A DNA stretch of 46,560 nt from Bacteroidaceae bacterium (GCA_963636255.1 CAVHJI010000001.1:1-46560), one strand, 5' to 3'. Positions 1 through 9,414 are shown, counted from the first letter of the stretch. The notes: generated by a model not told the origin, from the sequence alone. Translations and numbers: made by a program.

Positions 1-59
1 AGTTGTTGTTGATAACGCGCACGTATGTACGCGTATGCGCCCGCGAGAAAAACCAGAAA

Positions 60-1178
60 CTAAATGTCGGGAATGCTGTCCACTGCTTTTCGCCTCATCT
101 CGTCGACGACCTTCGCATAGACCTGCGTTGTCTTGATGCTCTTGTGTCCAAGAATTTTTGACACGGTGTACAGGTCGGTACCGTAGTAGAGCAGCAGCGT
201 AGCACATGTGTGCCGGCTCATGTGAAACGTCATGTGCTTCTCGATGCCTGCCGCCTGGCCCCATCGGTTCAGGTAGTCATAGATGATCGACCGGTCACGA
301 AATTGGAATACCAGGTTCTCGCGGCCATCGTAGCCGCGGTCCGGCAACCACTTCTTCGCATTCTCGGAGAGCGGGACGTAAACCGGCTCGCCCGTCTTCT
401 GCTGCACGATCTCTATCTGCTGCACGCCATCGCCCACGTCAACGATATGCTTCCACCGAAGCCGCGACACGTCGATGTACCGAAGGCCGGTAAAGCAGCA
501 GAATAGGAATGCCCTCTTCACACGCCAATCGTCGCACTCTGCTGCGGCCAGGCGCCGGACCTCGTCGAGTGTCAGATATTCTTTTTTTGTCGAACGGCGC
601 TGTGGCTTGTCCGCCGACGACAGCCGGTGCGCTGGGTTCGACACGATGAGCTCCAGGCGCACGGCCTTGTTGAGTAGGATCGACAACACGGTGAAGTACG
701 TGTACACCGTCTCGTTGCTCAACCTGCCGCCATACTTGTTCGCTCCTTCGCCTCGTAGGTACTCCAGGAATTGTCGCAGAAAACCCGGCGTCACGTCTTT
801 CAGCGTCAGCCTCTTCGACGTGAACAGCCCGATGTGCCGTATCAGGTTGTGTATCGTCTTCGAGTAGTTCATATTCTCGTTGTTGAAGTAATATATCTGC
901 TGCTCTTCCAACCACTTCAGCAGGTCGGTCTTGCCAGCCTTCTCACCGGCGAATGTCAGCCTGCCTTCTATTAGCTCCACCATGCGCTTCGCCCGGATGC
1001 CTTCCGCGACCTTCATGGTTGCCTTGTTCTCCACTTTTGCTGCACGTGTGTCTTCCGGCACCAGATACAGCCCGAGAAACTCCTTTCGCCTCGTGCCTTC
1101 GTGAATGATGTCCAGATAGATCGATTCGCCATGTGCAATTTTCTTCGTCCGAATATGGACGCTGCTCCCGTTTTTCAT
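60..1178 (-). CDS. int: Tyrosine recombinase / phage integrase (Bacteroidetes arm-binding + SAM-like + catalytic domains)
   Basis: Catalytic motifs TGLRY, HMSRHT, LGH and TQVYAK. N-terminus SIYLDI..GTRRKEFLGLYL is typical of Bacteroidetes integrases. ATG at 1178 chosen over the upstream GTG. Confidence 0.95.
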   Translation of the reverse strand: MKNGSSVHIRTKKIAHGESIYLDIIHEGTRRKEFLGLYLVPEDTRAAKVENKATMKVAEGIRAKRMVELIEGRLTFAGEKAGKTDLLKWLEEQQIYYFNNENMNYSKTIHNLIRHIGLFTSKRLTLKDVTPGFLRQFLEYLRGEGANKYGGRLSNETVYTYFTVLSILLNKAVRLELIVSNPAHRLSSADKPQRRSTKKEYLTLDEVRRLAAAECDDWRVKRAFLFCCFTGLRYIDVSRLRWKHIVDVGDGVQQIEIVQQKTGEPVYVPLSENAKKWLPDRGYDGRENLVFQFRDRSIIYDYLNRWGQAAGIEKHMTFHMSRHTCATLLLYYGTDLYTVSKILGHKSIKTTQVYAKVVDEMRRKAVDSIPDI

Positions 1179-1209
1179 GATTTCTTTTTTTTGTCTCCCT
1201 CCTGTCACG

Positions 1210-1241
1210 CCGGGGGACAGCCCGGGGGACGGATAGGGGAC
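1210..1241. repeat. Tandem GGGGAC direct repeats, candidate integrase arm-type sites
   Basis: CCGGGGGAC at 1210-1218 and 1222-1230, GGGGAC at 1236-1241, immediately upstream of int. Function is inferred. Confidence 0.4.
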
Positions 1242-1306
1242 GACGTTAAAAATAAAATAAACTAAAACAAACTAAACTAAACCGTAATGCCCCTGCCTCC
1301 AGAACG

Positions 1307-1342
1307 CAACAAAGCCGCTGCATATACACAGCGGCTTTGTTG
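1307..1342. terminator. Perfect 14-bp hairpin, probable intrinsic terminator
   Basis: CAACAAAGCCGCTG-catataca-CAGCGGCTTTGTTG. Confidence 0.65.
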
Positions 1343-1534
1343 GTGTCGGATAGCGGTTTGCACCATTTGACGGATGCTTATCCGAAGTTATCGTACATAA
1401 AAAAGTCGCTGCGTGTTGATAGCTGTTTATGCGGGGCGGGGCCATTTCTTTTCGCCTGTGGGCCTCAAAATGTCCGACGCTTGTAGTTTACCGCCGGGTG
1501 GATTTGAGGGCCGCAGAAGTAATCGTTTGGCCCT

Positions 1535-1855
1535 TTATGGCGATTTCTCGCCGCGGTGAGCGAGCCGGTGCGCCCACCCTTGATAGGTGTCGCGTATGCC
1601 GGTCGCCGGATCTTCGTAGACCTCCGCGTCCCACCACTCGAGAAGGCACCGGTGTGCATCGTCTGTGCCGAATACGTCTGCCACTTCGGTTGGGTATCTG
1701 GAGATGATGGTGCCGGCCCATGTGTTCGCGTCAAGCCCCGGCATGCCGTGCAGCACATTCCAGCAGATGTCTTTCAAGTCCTCCCGAAGCTCATCCTCGC
1801 CGCCCATCGCGTCAAGCAATGCGCGTAGTTCTTCAATCTCGTTTTTCATGGTCAT
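1535..1855 (-). CDS. Hypothetical protein (immunity-region accessory gene)
   Basis: ORF MTMKNEIEELRALL... overlaps the stop of the upstream gene and is co-oriented with the repressor. Confidence 0.6.
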   Translation of the reverse strand: MTMKNEIEELRALLDAMGGEDELREDLKDICWNVLHGMPGLDANTWAGTIISRYPTEVADVFGTDDAHRCLLEWWDAEVYEDPATGIRDTYQGWAHRLAHRGEKSP

Positions 1856-2231
1856 GATAGCTACATGCAAAGAATAATGCCGCTGGCACCAGCGATGCGT
1901 AGGCCATCGGCCTCTTCGACGGATCGAGCAGCGCCACATAGATGCAGCATGCGAGTAGCACGCCTATTGCGAGAAATGGCGAGACAGCATGCCTGTCCTT
2001 GCTTGCGACAATAGCACCGCCTGTCATGGCAAAGCACCATGCTATCGCGAGGAACAGCGCCACGTTGTCCATGGACGCAAGTAAGCAATTGCCTAACTCC
2101 CCGTCATGCCATATCTGCATGCAGCGTCCATCGTGGCAGTCGTGCCCGTTGCGCCGAAAGAACATGATAGGGACGAACGTCGACAAAAATGTAGCCCCGG
2201 CCAGAATGTTCCGGTATCTCTCCTTCGTCAT
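1833..2231 (-). CDS. Hypothetical membrane protein co-transcribed with the repressor
   Basis: About four hydrophobic segments. Start overlaps the repressor stop (ATGA). Confidence 0.6.
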   Translation of the reverse strand: MTKERYRNILAGATFLSTFVPIMFFRRNGHDCHDGRCMQIWHDGELGNCLLASMDNVALFLAIAWCFAMTGGAIVASKDRHAVSPFLAIGVLLACCIYVALLDPSKRPMAYASLVPAALFFACSYHDHEKRD

Positions 2232-2605
2232 TCCTTCATCATCTTTTCGTAGACTTTAATCAGCCTCTCCTTCTCGGCCAGCAAAGCCTCCAGCGCCTTC
2301 ACGCGCTCCTGCAGCACGGCGCAGCCCTCGCCGTTGACGTTGTCGTGGCTCCCGTGTTCGTTGTACTGGTTGTGGTGGCAGACGGTGGGCATAACCGTGT
2401 CGTCCGTGTAAGCCAGGAAGAAGTTGTAGTCGAGCGCCTCGCTAATCGAGACCAGCTTCTCTGTGTCAATGCTGTCGCGACAGAATACTCGGTTGATATT
2501 CTGATTGGCTATGCCGCATCTTCTTGCGAGCTCGGACTTTGTGACGCATAGCTCGTTCATTTTCTGCTCGATAAGCAGTCCGATGTTCACCCTCTTAATA
2601 TTCAT
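2228..2605 (-). CDS. XRE-family HTH repressor (CI-like)
   Basis: IGLLIEQKMNELCVTKSELARRCGIANQNINRVF HTH motif, C-terminal coiled coil, divergent from the early operon. Confidence 0.85.
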   Translation of the reverse strand: MNIKRVNIGLLIEQKMNELCVTKSELARRCGIANQNINRVFCRDSIDTEKLVSISEALDYNFFLAYTDDTVMPTVCHHNQYNEHGSHDNVNGEGCAVLQERVKALEALLAEKERLIKVYEKMMKE

Positions 2606-2607
2606 AG

Positions 2608-2681
2608 TTCAATCATTTAATGTTTAACAAAGGTTAAAATATTGAAATAATCAATCACAACTATTGCATGTTTCAATCATT
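2608..2681. promoter_or_regulatory. Candidate operator repeats in the lysis/lysogeny switch
   Basis: TTCAATCATT at 2608-2617 and 2672-2681, and TCAATCA at 2651-2657, in the AT-rich divergent intergenic region. Confidence 0.5.
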
Positions 2682-2694
2682 GTTATTACCTTTG
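2663..2694 (+). promoter_or_regulatory. Bacteroidetes sigma-A promoter for the early operon
   Basis: -7 element TACCTTTG at 2687-2694, with ATTG (-33-like) 20 nt upstream. Confidence 0.7.
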
Positions 2695-2725
2695 CAGCGT
2701 AAAGTTACAAACAAATATCCAAACG

Positions 2726-2932
2726 ATGAAAGAAAACACAGAAAATCAGCGTCCCGAGTCTCTTCTCGGCCAGCTCAACAGCCTCGAAGTAGGCGAGCAG
2801 TTCACCGTACCGGTGTCCCGCTGCTCCTACCTGCGCAGCATCTGCACCACCTTCGGTCTTGAATGGGGTAAGAAATTCACAACCTCCACCAATCGCGAAG
2901 CCCGCACGATCACCGCTACACGCATCTCTTAA
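2726..2932 (+). CDS. Small DNA-binding protein in the Cro position
   Basis: 68 aa. First gene of the early operon, opposite the repressor. LEVGEQFTVP...TITATRI pattern. Confidence 0.6.
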   Translation: MKENTENQRPESLLGQLNSLEVGEQFTVPVSRCSYLRSICTTFGLEWGKKFTTSTNREARTITATRIS

Positions 2933-2944
2933 CACGCACACACC

Positions 2945-3160
2945 ATGAACAAGACAATCATCATCGCCATCATCGCTGCCGCCCTCACCGGCTGCACCAC
3001 CACAAGCAACACATCTGCTGACCAGGCTTCCTGGAGCGCCTTCTGCAAGGCCTACGGCTACAATGTCAACGACCGCGACAATGCACAGGCGGTCGACACC
3101 TACCTCGACTGCTGGCGCGGTTCGGCTGCAGAGGAAACAGCTCTTGCCAACAATGACTAA
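2945..3160 (+). CDS. Small lipoprotein
   Basis: Signal peptide MNKTIIIAIIAAA followed by lipobox LTGC. Confidence 0.75.
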   Translation: MNKTIIIAIIAAALTGCTTTSNTSADQASWSAFCKAYGYNVNDRDNAQAVDTYLDCWRGSAAEETALANND

Positions 3161-3290
3161 GAACACCTTCTGCAACTCCTGTCAGCACTCGCACATGAGC
3201 GTCAACGGCTGCTATTGCCGGCCGTTCAAACGCTACGTCGAGCATTGCACCATTCCTCCGTGTTCAACCCGTAAACAACAGACAACATGA
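3153..3290 (+). CDS. Small Cys-rich hypothetical protein
   Basis: MTKNTFCNSCQHSH..GCYC..C..PC. Overlaps both neighbouring genes. Confidence 0.55.
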   Translation: MTKNTFCNSCQHSHMSVNGCYCRPFKRYVEHCTIPPCSTRKQQTT

Positions 3291-3520
3291 AAGCCATCAC
3301 AAACTATCGCTACTGGGTCCTCACCCTCCTCGGCATCATCGCCGTGTCCGGCATCGCCGCCTTTCCCGCTGACGAGCTAAGCCTCGCACAATACTTCGCA
3401 GTCCTTTTCGCGACCAAGGCCGTCGCCGTCGTCGCCGCCGCGATCACATTCAGCCTCGGCTGCCACTGGTACAACCAGGGACGCCTGCCGGAGCTCTCCG
3501 ATCTCGACGAGGAAGTCTGA
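3287..3520 (+). CDS. Small two-TM membrane protein
   Basis: Two hydrophobic stretches, ATGA coupling. Confidence 0.65.
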   Translation: MKAITNYRYWVLTLLGIIAVSGIAAFPADELSLAQYFAVLFATKAVAVVAAAITFSLGCHWYNQGRLPELSDLDEEV

Positions 3521-3523
3521 CGC

Positions 3524-3766
3524 ATGGATAGCGAACTTGCCGAGCGCCTTGAACAGATACAGGCGGCAACACTCCTCGCGTCGAAGAGTATCTACACGAC
3601 CGCGGAAGCCTGCATGTACCTTGGCGTCAAGCGAAGCTACCTGTACCAACTCGCCCACGACAGGAGAATAACCTACTACAAATCACTGAATGGCCGGATG
3701 ATCTACTTCCGTCGCGACGACATCGAGAGATGGGCGACCGCGAAAGTGTTCCCGGCGAAACAATAG
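3524..3766 (+). CDS. xis: Excisionase-family HTH protein
   Basis: YTTAEACMYLGVKRSYLYQL..RRITYYK..GRMIYFRRDDIERW is an HTH_17-like pattern. Confidence 0.85.
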   Translation: MDSELAERLEQIQAATLLASKSIYTTAEACMYLGVKRSYLYQLAHDRRITYYKSLNGRMIYFRRDDIERWATAKVFPAKQ

Positions 3767-3779
3767 ACAACTGAACGAT

Positions 3780-4058
3780 ATGAGGACATACAAATGCTTG
3801 CCAAAAAAGTATTACGGCATCGAAACGAACACCATCAAGGTGATAGGCGGCTACGCTTATACCGTGCGCCACAACAACTACTCTGGCCATAGGGACTATG
3901 TGTACCGCATGCCAGTCGAGGAATACAATGCGATGCGCGAAGAGGCGAAGTCCTGGGATGGCTACCGCTGCGACCCAACAGAAGAAAGCCTGCAGCTACA
4001 TATAGCCTGCTGGCTGGCCGGTACCGAGCCCTATATCCAGACGACAAAATATTTTTAG
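3780..4058 (+). CDS. Hypothetical protein
   Basis: 92-aa ORF filling the operon gap. Confidence 0.6.
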   Translation: MRTYKCLPKKYYGIETNTIKVIGGYAYTVRHNNYSGHRDYVYRMPVEEYNAMREEAKSWDGYRCDPTEESLQLHIACWLAGTEPYIQTTKYF

Positions 4059-4071
4059 ACTAAACATACAC

Positions 4072-5007
4072 ATGAGCCAAATCACATTCACCGTCGAGCA
4101 GCTCAACAAGATGGACGCACTCGACATCACACAGTCGCCCGCTGTACGCGACAAGTTCATCACCATCTACGACACACTCTGGGGCGCCGGCACCGGCGAA
4201 CAGGCCTACGAGCGCGAGAGTATCTTCTTCAACAAGTTGCTCCGCGACACACCTGCCCTGCAGAAGGCTACCCGCTTTTCGCTCTTTACTGCCTTTATCG
4301 ACCTGGCCGTGTGCGGCCTTTCTCTCGAGCAGGGCACGCGTGCACTCTGCTATCTAATTGGCCGCAACGTCAACGTCGGTACACGCGAGCACCCGGCATG
4401 GGAAGGACACGCCGTGCTCACCATCTCTGCCTACGGCGAGCTTGTGCTGCGCGAACGGGCCGGCCAGATCCGGCATGCTGACAACCCCGTCATCGTCTAT
4501 GACGGCGACGAATTCTCCTTCTCGGACGTCGACGGGCAGAAGCGCGTGTCCTACACGTGCCGCCTCCCTCACACCGGCAAGCGCATCATCGCCTGCTATC
4601 TCCGCATAACACGTGCCGACGGCTCCATCGACTACTCGGTCATGACCGAAGAAGACTGGGTGCGACTGGCACAGTATAGCGCACGTCAGGACCGCCGCAC
4701 CAACCGTGCCAACGCCCTGTATGGCGTCGACCAGAATGGTGTCGTCAACATTGACCCGGGCTTCTTGATGGCCAAGTGCGTCAAACACGCATTTCGGACT
4801 TACCCGAAAGTCCGCATAGGACGTGGCACCGAGTTGCAGAGCAAGCAGACTGAAGACAAGGAGATTGAGATCAACAACGAGCTCTACGGCATTGAGGCTC
4901 CCGCCGGGCAACCGGCACCCCAGCCGGAAGTCACTCCCTTCGGCCCTCCCGCCAACGACATCTCGACAGGTGTCACCGTTGACACCGGCGACGACGACGC
5001 ATTCTAA
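4072..5007 (+). CDS. recT: RecT-like single-strand annealing protein
   Basis: SLFTAFIDLAVCGLSL..CYLI..LTISAYGEL..VYDGDEF..MAKCVKHAF motifs and an acidic C-terminal tail (DDDAF). Confidence 0.8.
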   Translation: MSQITFTVEQLNKMDALDITQSPAVRDKFITIYDTLWGAGTGEQAYERESIFFNKLLRDTPALQKATRFSLFTAFIDLAVCGLSLEQGTRALCYLIGRNVNVGTREHPAWEGHAVLTISAYGELVLRERAGQIRHADNPVIVYDGDEFSFSDVDGQKRVSYTCRLPHTGKRIIACYLRITRADGSIDYSVMTEEDWVRLAQYSARQDRRTNRANALYGVDQNGVVNIDPGFLMAKCVKHAFRTYPKVRIGRGTELQSKQTEDKEIEINNELYGIEAPAGQPAPQPEVTPFGPPANDISTGVTVDTGDDDAF

Positions 5008-5035
5008 AGTTAATATAATAATCAACTACACAATC

Positions 5036-6238
5036 ATGACAACAGATATTACAATCTTCGAGCCGCAGAATTTCGGCACGGTCGTCCAGGCCGCACCACA
5101 GGCGTACCTCGAGAACAAAGTGTCCAACGAGCGCTGCCTCGCCTACGGCCAGTCGCTCCTTCAGCGGGCCGAGACCGACGGCATGAACGACGAGCTCGAC
5201 CAGAAGATAGCCGTCTACGTTGAACGTGCACGTAAGACACTGAAAAAAATGAACGGCAAGCGTTCGGGTGTCACGCAGCTCTTCGACGGCGTGCGCTCTG
5301 CCTTCACCGCCCTCGAGAACGAAGTCGACCCCTCTAAGAAAGGTACCGTTCCGGCGCAGCTCCAGGAGCTGCGCAACAAGTACGCCGCCAAGAAGCGTGC
5401 CGAGTATGAAGCCGAGATGCACCGCCGTCAGATGGAACAGGCCAAGCAGAATGCGAAGATCAAGTATGCAGCAGATGTAGAGGACGACCTGCAGCGCCAG
5501 TTCAACGCCACCGTCGCTGCTGCCTGTAACAGCCTCATCGAGCTCGACAAGTCTGTCACCATCGGCAACTACGACACCGTCCTCGCCACCGTCAGCAAGT
5601 TCTCCGAGCAGCTCCCCGCCGACTGGCTCTCCGGCCTTCGCCCGTCCGTGTTGCTTCCGGCGGTCCTCTCACCCGATGAGGTGAGTGGCATCGCCGACGA
5701 CGTGAAGAAGAACGTCGCTAAGCGGTTCGCAGAACAATACGCCTACGAAGTCAGCACCACCCGCACCGACATCCTCGACCGCCTCCCGTCCAAGCGCACA
5801 GAGCTGGTGCGCATCCAGCAGGCCAGCGCAGAGGAAGCGGAGCGCATCCGCAAGCAGATGGTCGAGCGTGAACAGCAGGAAGCCGCCGAACGCGAGAAGG
5901 AACGTGCCGAGCGCGAGGCCAAGGAGAAGGCTGCTGCCGAGCTGGCCGCGCAGAAACAGCAGATGAACACGCTCTTCGCCGAGGCACAGGTGCAGGCCTC
6001 CCAGTATCAGGCAAAGACCACCGTGCGGAAGCGCATCAACGTCCTCAACCCGGAAGGCTTCATGCAGGTGGTGGGCATGTGGTGGGCACAGTGTGGCTGC
6101 ACGCTCACCGTCCCCGAGCTCGAGAAGATATTCAGCCGGCAGCTCACTTTCTGCAACAAGCTGGCCAACGACAAGTCAAACGCAGTATTCATCCAGTCCG
6201 AAAACGTCGAGTACGTTGACGACGTCAAAGTAAAGTAA
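5036..6238 (+). CDS. Coiled-coil hypothetical protein in the recombination module
   Basis: ATG follows an AT-rich spacer. Long E/K/A/Q-rich helical tracts. Confidence 0.75.
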   Translation: MTTDITIFEPQNFGTVVQAAPQAYLENKVSNERCLAYGQSLLQRAETDGMNDELDQKIAVYVERARKTLKKMNGKRSGVTQLFDGVRSAFTALENEVDPSKKGTVPAQLQELRNKYAAKKRAEYEAEMHRRQMEQAKQNAKIKYAADVEDDLQRQFNATVAAACNSLIELDKSVTIGNYDTVLATVSKFSEQLPADWLSGLRPSVLLPAVLSPDEVSGIADDVKKNVAKRFAEQYAYEVSTTRTDILDRLPSKRTELVRIQQASAEEAERIRKQMVEREQQEAAEREKERAEREAKEKAAAELAAQKQQMNTLFAEAQVQASQYQAKTTVRKRINVLNPEGFMQVVGMWWAQCGCTLTVPELEKIFSRQLTFCNKLANDKSNAVFIQSENVEYVDDVKVK

Positions 6239-6246
6239 AATAAGTC

Positions 6247-6642
6247 ATGAAAGAAAGCGGATATTATCCTCCGGGCGCAGAGTTCGATCCTCGTGCACCC
6301 TGGAACCAGACAGACCCCGATGAGGTCGAAGTAGACATAGACTACTCGTGCACGCTCCGGCGCTCCGTAACAGTCGCCACCACCGACTACATACCCGGGT
6401 ATGTCGGCATCGGCGAAGACGGGTACCCCGAACACGATCCTGACGACTTTTCAAACACCGATTGGCTCAACGAGTTCGAGGCGGCCTACCGCACACCGCA
6501 GCAGCTCATCGCCCTGCTCCGCGAGATAGCGACAGAGTTCGCCGAAGGCCGCACGCCGCGCAAGCGCAACAGCACCTGGCAGCATATCGCCGACGACTGC
6601 GAGAATTGGGAAGTCGTGGATGAAAACGTGGAAATGTTATGA
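6247..6642 (+). CDS. Hypothetical protein
   Basis: YYPPGAEFDPRAPWNQ N-terminus, coupled to the next gene. Confidence 0.7.
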   Translation: MKESGYYPPGAEFDPRAPWNQTDPDEVEVDIDYSCTLRRSVTVATTDYIPGYVGIGEDGYPEHDPDDFSNTDWLNEFEAAYRTPQQLIALLREIATEFAEGRTPRKRNSTWQHIADDCENWEVVDENVEML

Positions 6643-7292
6643 ACCCGGACGAATACTACCGGCGAGGTGAGGTCAGCAACTCTGACCTCACCGAGCTAAA
6701 GAACCTCCTGCACCCGCATGAGCAGTATGGTGACCGAGAAGCGGCCTTTCGCTTCGGCTCGCTCGTCGACGCCATCATCACCGAGCCCGACCGCGTCAAC
6801 TACTACAGCCTCACCGTTGACGATGTGCAGTACACTGACGACGAGTTCCGGCACGCGAAAGAGATGTACCGTTCCCTGCGTGCAGAGGCCGCCAAGGATC
6901 CGTTCCTTGCCAAGGTGTTAGACACCGCCGACACACAGCGCTGCATGGTCAACAAGGCACAGCAGTTCGAATACGGCGGGCTGCCGTTCACCCTCGACAC
7001 CCGGTGCAAGTGGGACTGGTTCCTCTCGCCCTTCGGCTTCGGCGGCGACCTGAAGACCACCTTCGCCTCGACACAGAAGGAATTCGACGACGCTGTGGAC
7101 TTCTTCGACTGGGACCGCTCCCGCGCATGGTACATGGACATCGCCCATTCCGACCGCGACTTCATCTACGCCATCAGCAAGCGAAACAACCGCGTCTTCA
7201 AAAAGTTCATCTGTCGGGACGACGACATCTATCGCCACGGCCGCGAGAAATACGAAACCCTGGCATTCCAATACTGGTGCCTCAACCTCTAA
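6639..7292 (+). CDS. PD-(D/E)XK exonuclease (RecE/ExoVIII-like)
   Basis: VSNSDL..AFRFGSLVDAIITEP..RCKWD..GDLKTT motifs, near recT. Confidence 0.75.
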   Translation: MNPDEYYRRGEVSNSDLTELKNLLHPHEQYGDREAAFRFGSLVDAIITEPDRVNYYSLTVDDVQYTDDEFRHAKEMYRSLRAEAAKDPFLAKVLDTADTQRCMVNKAQQFEYGGLPFTLDTRCKWDWFLSPFGFGGDLKTTFASTQKEFDDAVDFFDWDRSRAWYMDIAHSDRDFIYAISKRNNRVFKKFICRDDDIYRHGREKYETLAFQYWCLNL

Positions 7293-7298
7293 GCGAAC

Positions 7299-8750
7299 AT
7301 GGACACGCTCCACCACAACCTGAAGATAGAGCCCTACGCCTACCAGCGTGAAGGCATCCTCTACGGCCTTGACAAGCGCCGCCTGCTCATCGGCGACGAG
7401 CCCGGCCTGGGCAAGACGCTGCAGTCCATCGGCATCGTCGACACCGCGGGGGCCTATCCTGCCCTTGTCATCTGTCCGTCGTCGCTGAAGATCAACTGGC
7501 AACGGGAGTTCGAGAAGTTCACCGACAAGAAGGCGCTCATCCTTAGCGATGCCTCACGGTCTTCGTGGCCCTACATGCTCCAGATGGGCATGTTCCACGT
7601 GGCCATCGTCAACTATGAAAGCCTGCGAAAGTATTTCGTGTGGGACATTCTGGGCGGGCGCCCATTCCGCCTGAAAGACGTAGTGTTCCATGATGCTGTG
7701 AAGCTCTTCCGGAGTATCATCATCGACGAAAGTCACCGCGTGAAGGACCCGTCAGCACAGCAGACGATCTTCGCCCGTGGCATTGCCGAAGGCAAGGACT
7801 ACCGCATACTGCTGTCTGGCACGCCTGTCGTCAACCGTCCTGCCGACCTCATCGCACAGCTCTCCATCATGGGCCGGCTGCAGGAGTTCGGCGGACGCAC
7901 GGTGTTCCTTCAGACCTACGGCGGCGGGGAGCTCTCCCGGGAACGAAGGCCGAAGGGCGAGGACCAGCCGCGCAACCTCGAGCAGCTGTCGGCAGAGCTC
8001 TACTCCCGTTGCATGATCCGTCGCGAGAAGGCGAAGGTGCTCACACAACTGCCCGACAAGACACGCACTGACCTCATAGTCGACATCTCCAACCGCGACG
8101 AATACATGCTGGCTGCCGCCGACCTTGCCGAATATCTCCGTCAGTACACCGAGTGCACCGACCGCGACATCAGGCGCAAGATGCGCATGGAAGCGCTGGT
8201 CAAGTTCATGACGCTGCGCTCCCTCGCCGCAAAGGGTAAGGTGGCACAGGCCATCGACTTCGCACGCACGTTCCTCGCCAACGGGCGCCCGCTCATCCTC
8301 TTCTGCTCCCTGCATGAGATTGTCGACCAGATAATGGACGCCTTCCCTGCGGCTGTCTCTGTCACCGGTCGCGACAACATGCAGCAGAAACAGGCCGCCG
8401 TCGATGCCTTCCAGTCTGGTCGTGCACAGCTCATCGTCTGCTCCATCAAGGCTGCCGGTGTCGGCCTCACCCTCACCGCCTCGTCGAGCGTCGCGTTCAT
8501 CGAATTTCCCTGGACCTACGCCGACTGCTGCCAGTGTGAGGACCGGGCGCACCGCATCGGGCAGAAAGACAACGTCACGTGCTACTATCTGCTGGGCCGC
8601 GCCACGATCGACCGCACGCTCTACGCCATCATTCACCGAAAGAAGTCTGTCGCCAACCAGATAATGGGCACCGACGACGACATCCCGCAGGATGAAATGT
8701 ACTTCGATCAGTTAACCACGCTCTTCCTCAATCCCGACGACAATGGTTGA
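7299..8750 (+). CDS. SNF2-family DEAD/DEAH-box helicase
   Basis: DEPGLGKT, DESH, LSGTP, AAGVGLTLT and QCEDRAHRIGQ motifs. Confidence 0.93.
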   Translation: MDTLHHNLKIEPYAYQREGILYGLDKRRLLIGDEPGLGKTLQSIGIVDTAGAYPALVICPSSLKINWQREFEKFTDKKALILSDASRSSWPYMLQMGMFHVAIVNYESLRKYFVWDILGGRPFRLKDVVFHDAVKLFRSIIIDESHRVKDPSAQQTIFARGIAEGKDYRILLSGTPVVNRPADLIAQLSIMGRLQEFGGRTVFLQTYGGGELSRERRPKGEDQPRNLEQLSAELYSRCMIRREKAKVLTQLPDKTRTDLIVDISNRDEYMLAAADLAEYLRQYTECTDRDIRRKMRMEALVKFMTLRSLAAKGKVAQAIDFARTFLANGRPLILFCSLHEIVDQIMDAFPAAVSVTGRDNMQQKQAAVDAFQSGRAQLIVCSIKAAGVGLTLTASSSVAFIEFPWTYADCCQCEDRAHRIGQKDNVTCYYLLGRATIDRTLYAIIHRKKSVANQIMGTDDDIPQDEMYFDQLTTLFLNPDDNG

Positions 8751-8901
8751 CTTCTGCAAGACCGACATGCTGCGCATTGTCAAGTATCTCGACGACGCTG
8801 CGCAGCTCTATGACCAGCACCAGGGGCTCCGCTACTCCAGCCGGGCATGGTGCATCAGAAAACTCACACTAAAACTCAAACGTAAACTATGCGCAAAGTA
8901 A
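8743..8901 (+). CDS. Small hypothetical protein (52 aa, not in the ORF track)
   Basis: Hand translation MVDFCKTDMLRIVKYLDDAAQLY...KLKRKLCAK*. Overlaps both neighbours. Confidence 0.6.
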   Translation: MVDFCKTDMLRIVKYLDDAAQLYDQHQGLRYSSRAWCIRKLTLKLKRKLCAK

Positions 8902-9107
8902 CATCTCAACATCTCACAGGGCGCTACGCGATCGTCAAGATCTTCCCGCACGTCCATGCCCTGAAGGTCGAGGTCGAACAGACCTACATCGACGAAGACG
9001 GTGCCACCGGCAAGGACACCTTCTGGCGCCTCGCCTCCGACCAGGACATCCTCAACCTGAACATTCCCGTGGCAACATGCCACACAGCAAATAACAATAA
9101 CCATTAA
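8889..9107 (+). CDS. Hypothetical protein
   Basis: 72-aa ORF within the operon. Confidence 0.6.
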   Translation: MRKVTSQHLTGRYAIVKIFPHVHALKVEVEQTYIDEDGATGKDTFWRLASDQDILNLNIPVATCHTANNNNH

Positions 9108-9120
9108 AACATCAACCACC

Positions 9121-9414
9121 ATGACAAAAATCGAATTGGCAAGAGAGGTCGCCATTTCCGAGAACCTCACCCTCTACACCGCTGTCGCAGCCATCGACGG
9201 CATCACACGTGTGATCAAGCAGCAGCTCGCTGCCGGTCAGGACGTCACCATCCGTGGCTTCGGCACCTTCCGACGCACCACCTGTAAGGAGCGCCCCGGA
9301 CGCAACATCAACACCGGCGAGGCCATCGTCATCCCGGAGCACTATGCAGCGAAGTTCGTCTCAAGCAAAGACCTCGTCTCACTGCTCAATCATGAAAAAG
9401 CGCACGACCAGTAA
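9121..9414 (+). CDS. HU/IHF-family DNA-binding protein
   Basis: MTKIEL..VTIRGFGTF..RPGRNINTGEAIVIP. Confidence 0.92.
   Translation: MTKIELAREVAISENLTLYTAVAAIDGITRVIKQQLAAGQDVTIRGFGTFRRTTCKERPGRNINTGEAIVIPEHYAAKFVSSKDLVSLLNHEKAHDQ

Noticed and set aside
1341..1420. tRNA or tRNA 3' fragment (minus strand ends ...CCGACACCA)
   Set aside because: No TTCRA T-loop or cloverleaf could be built.
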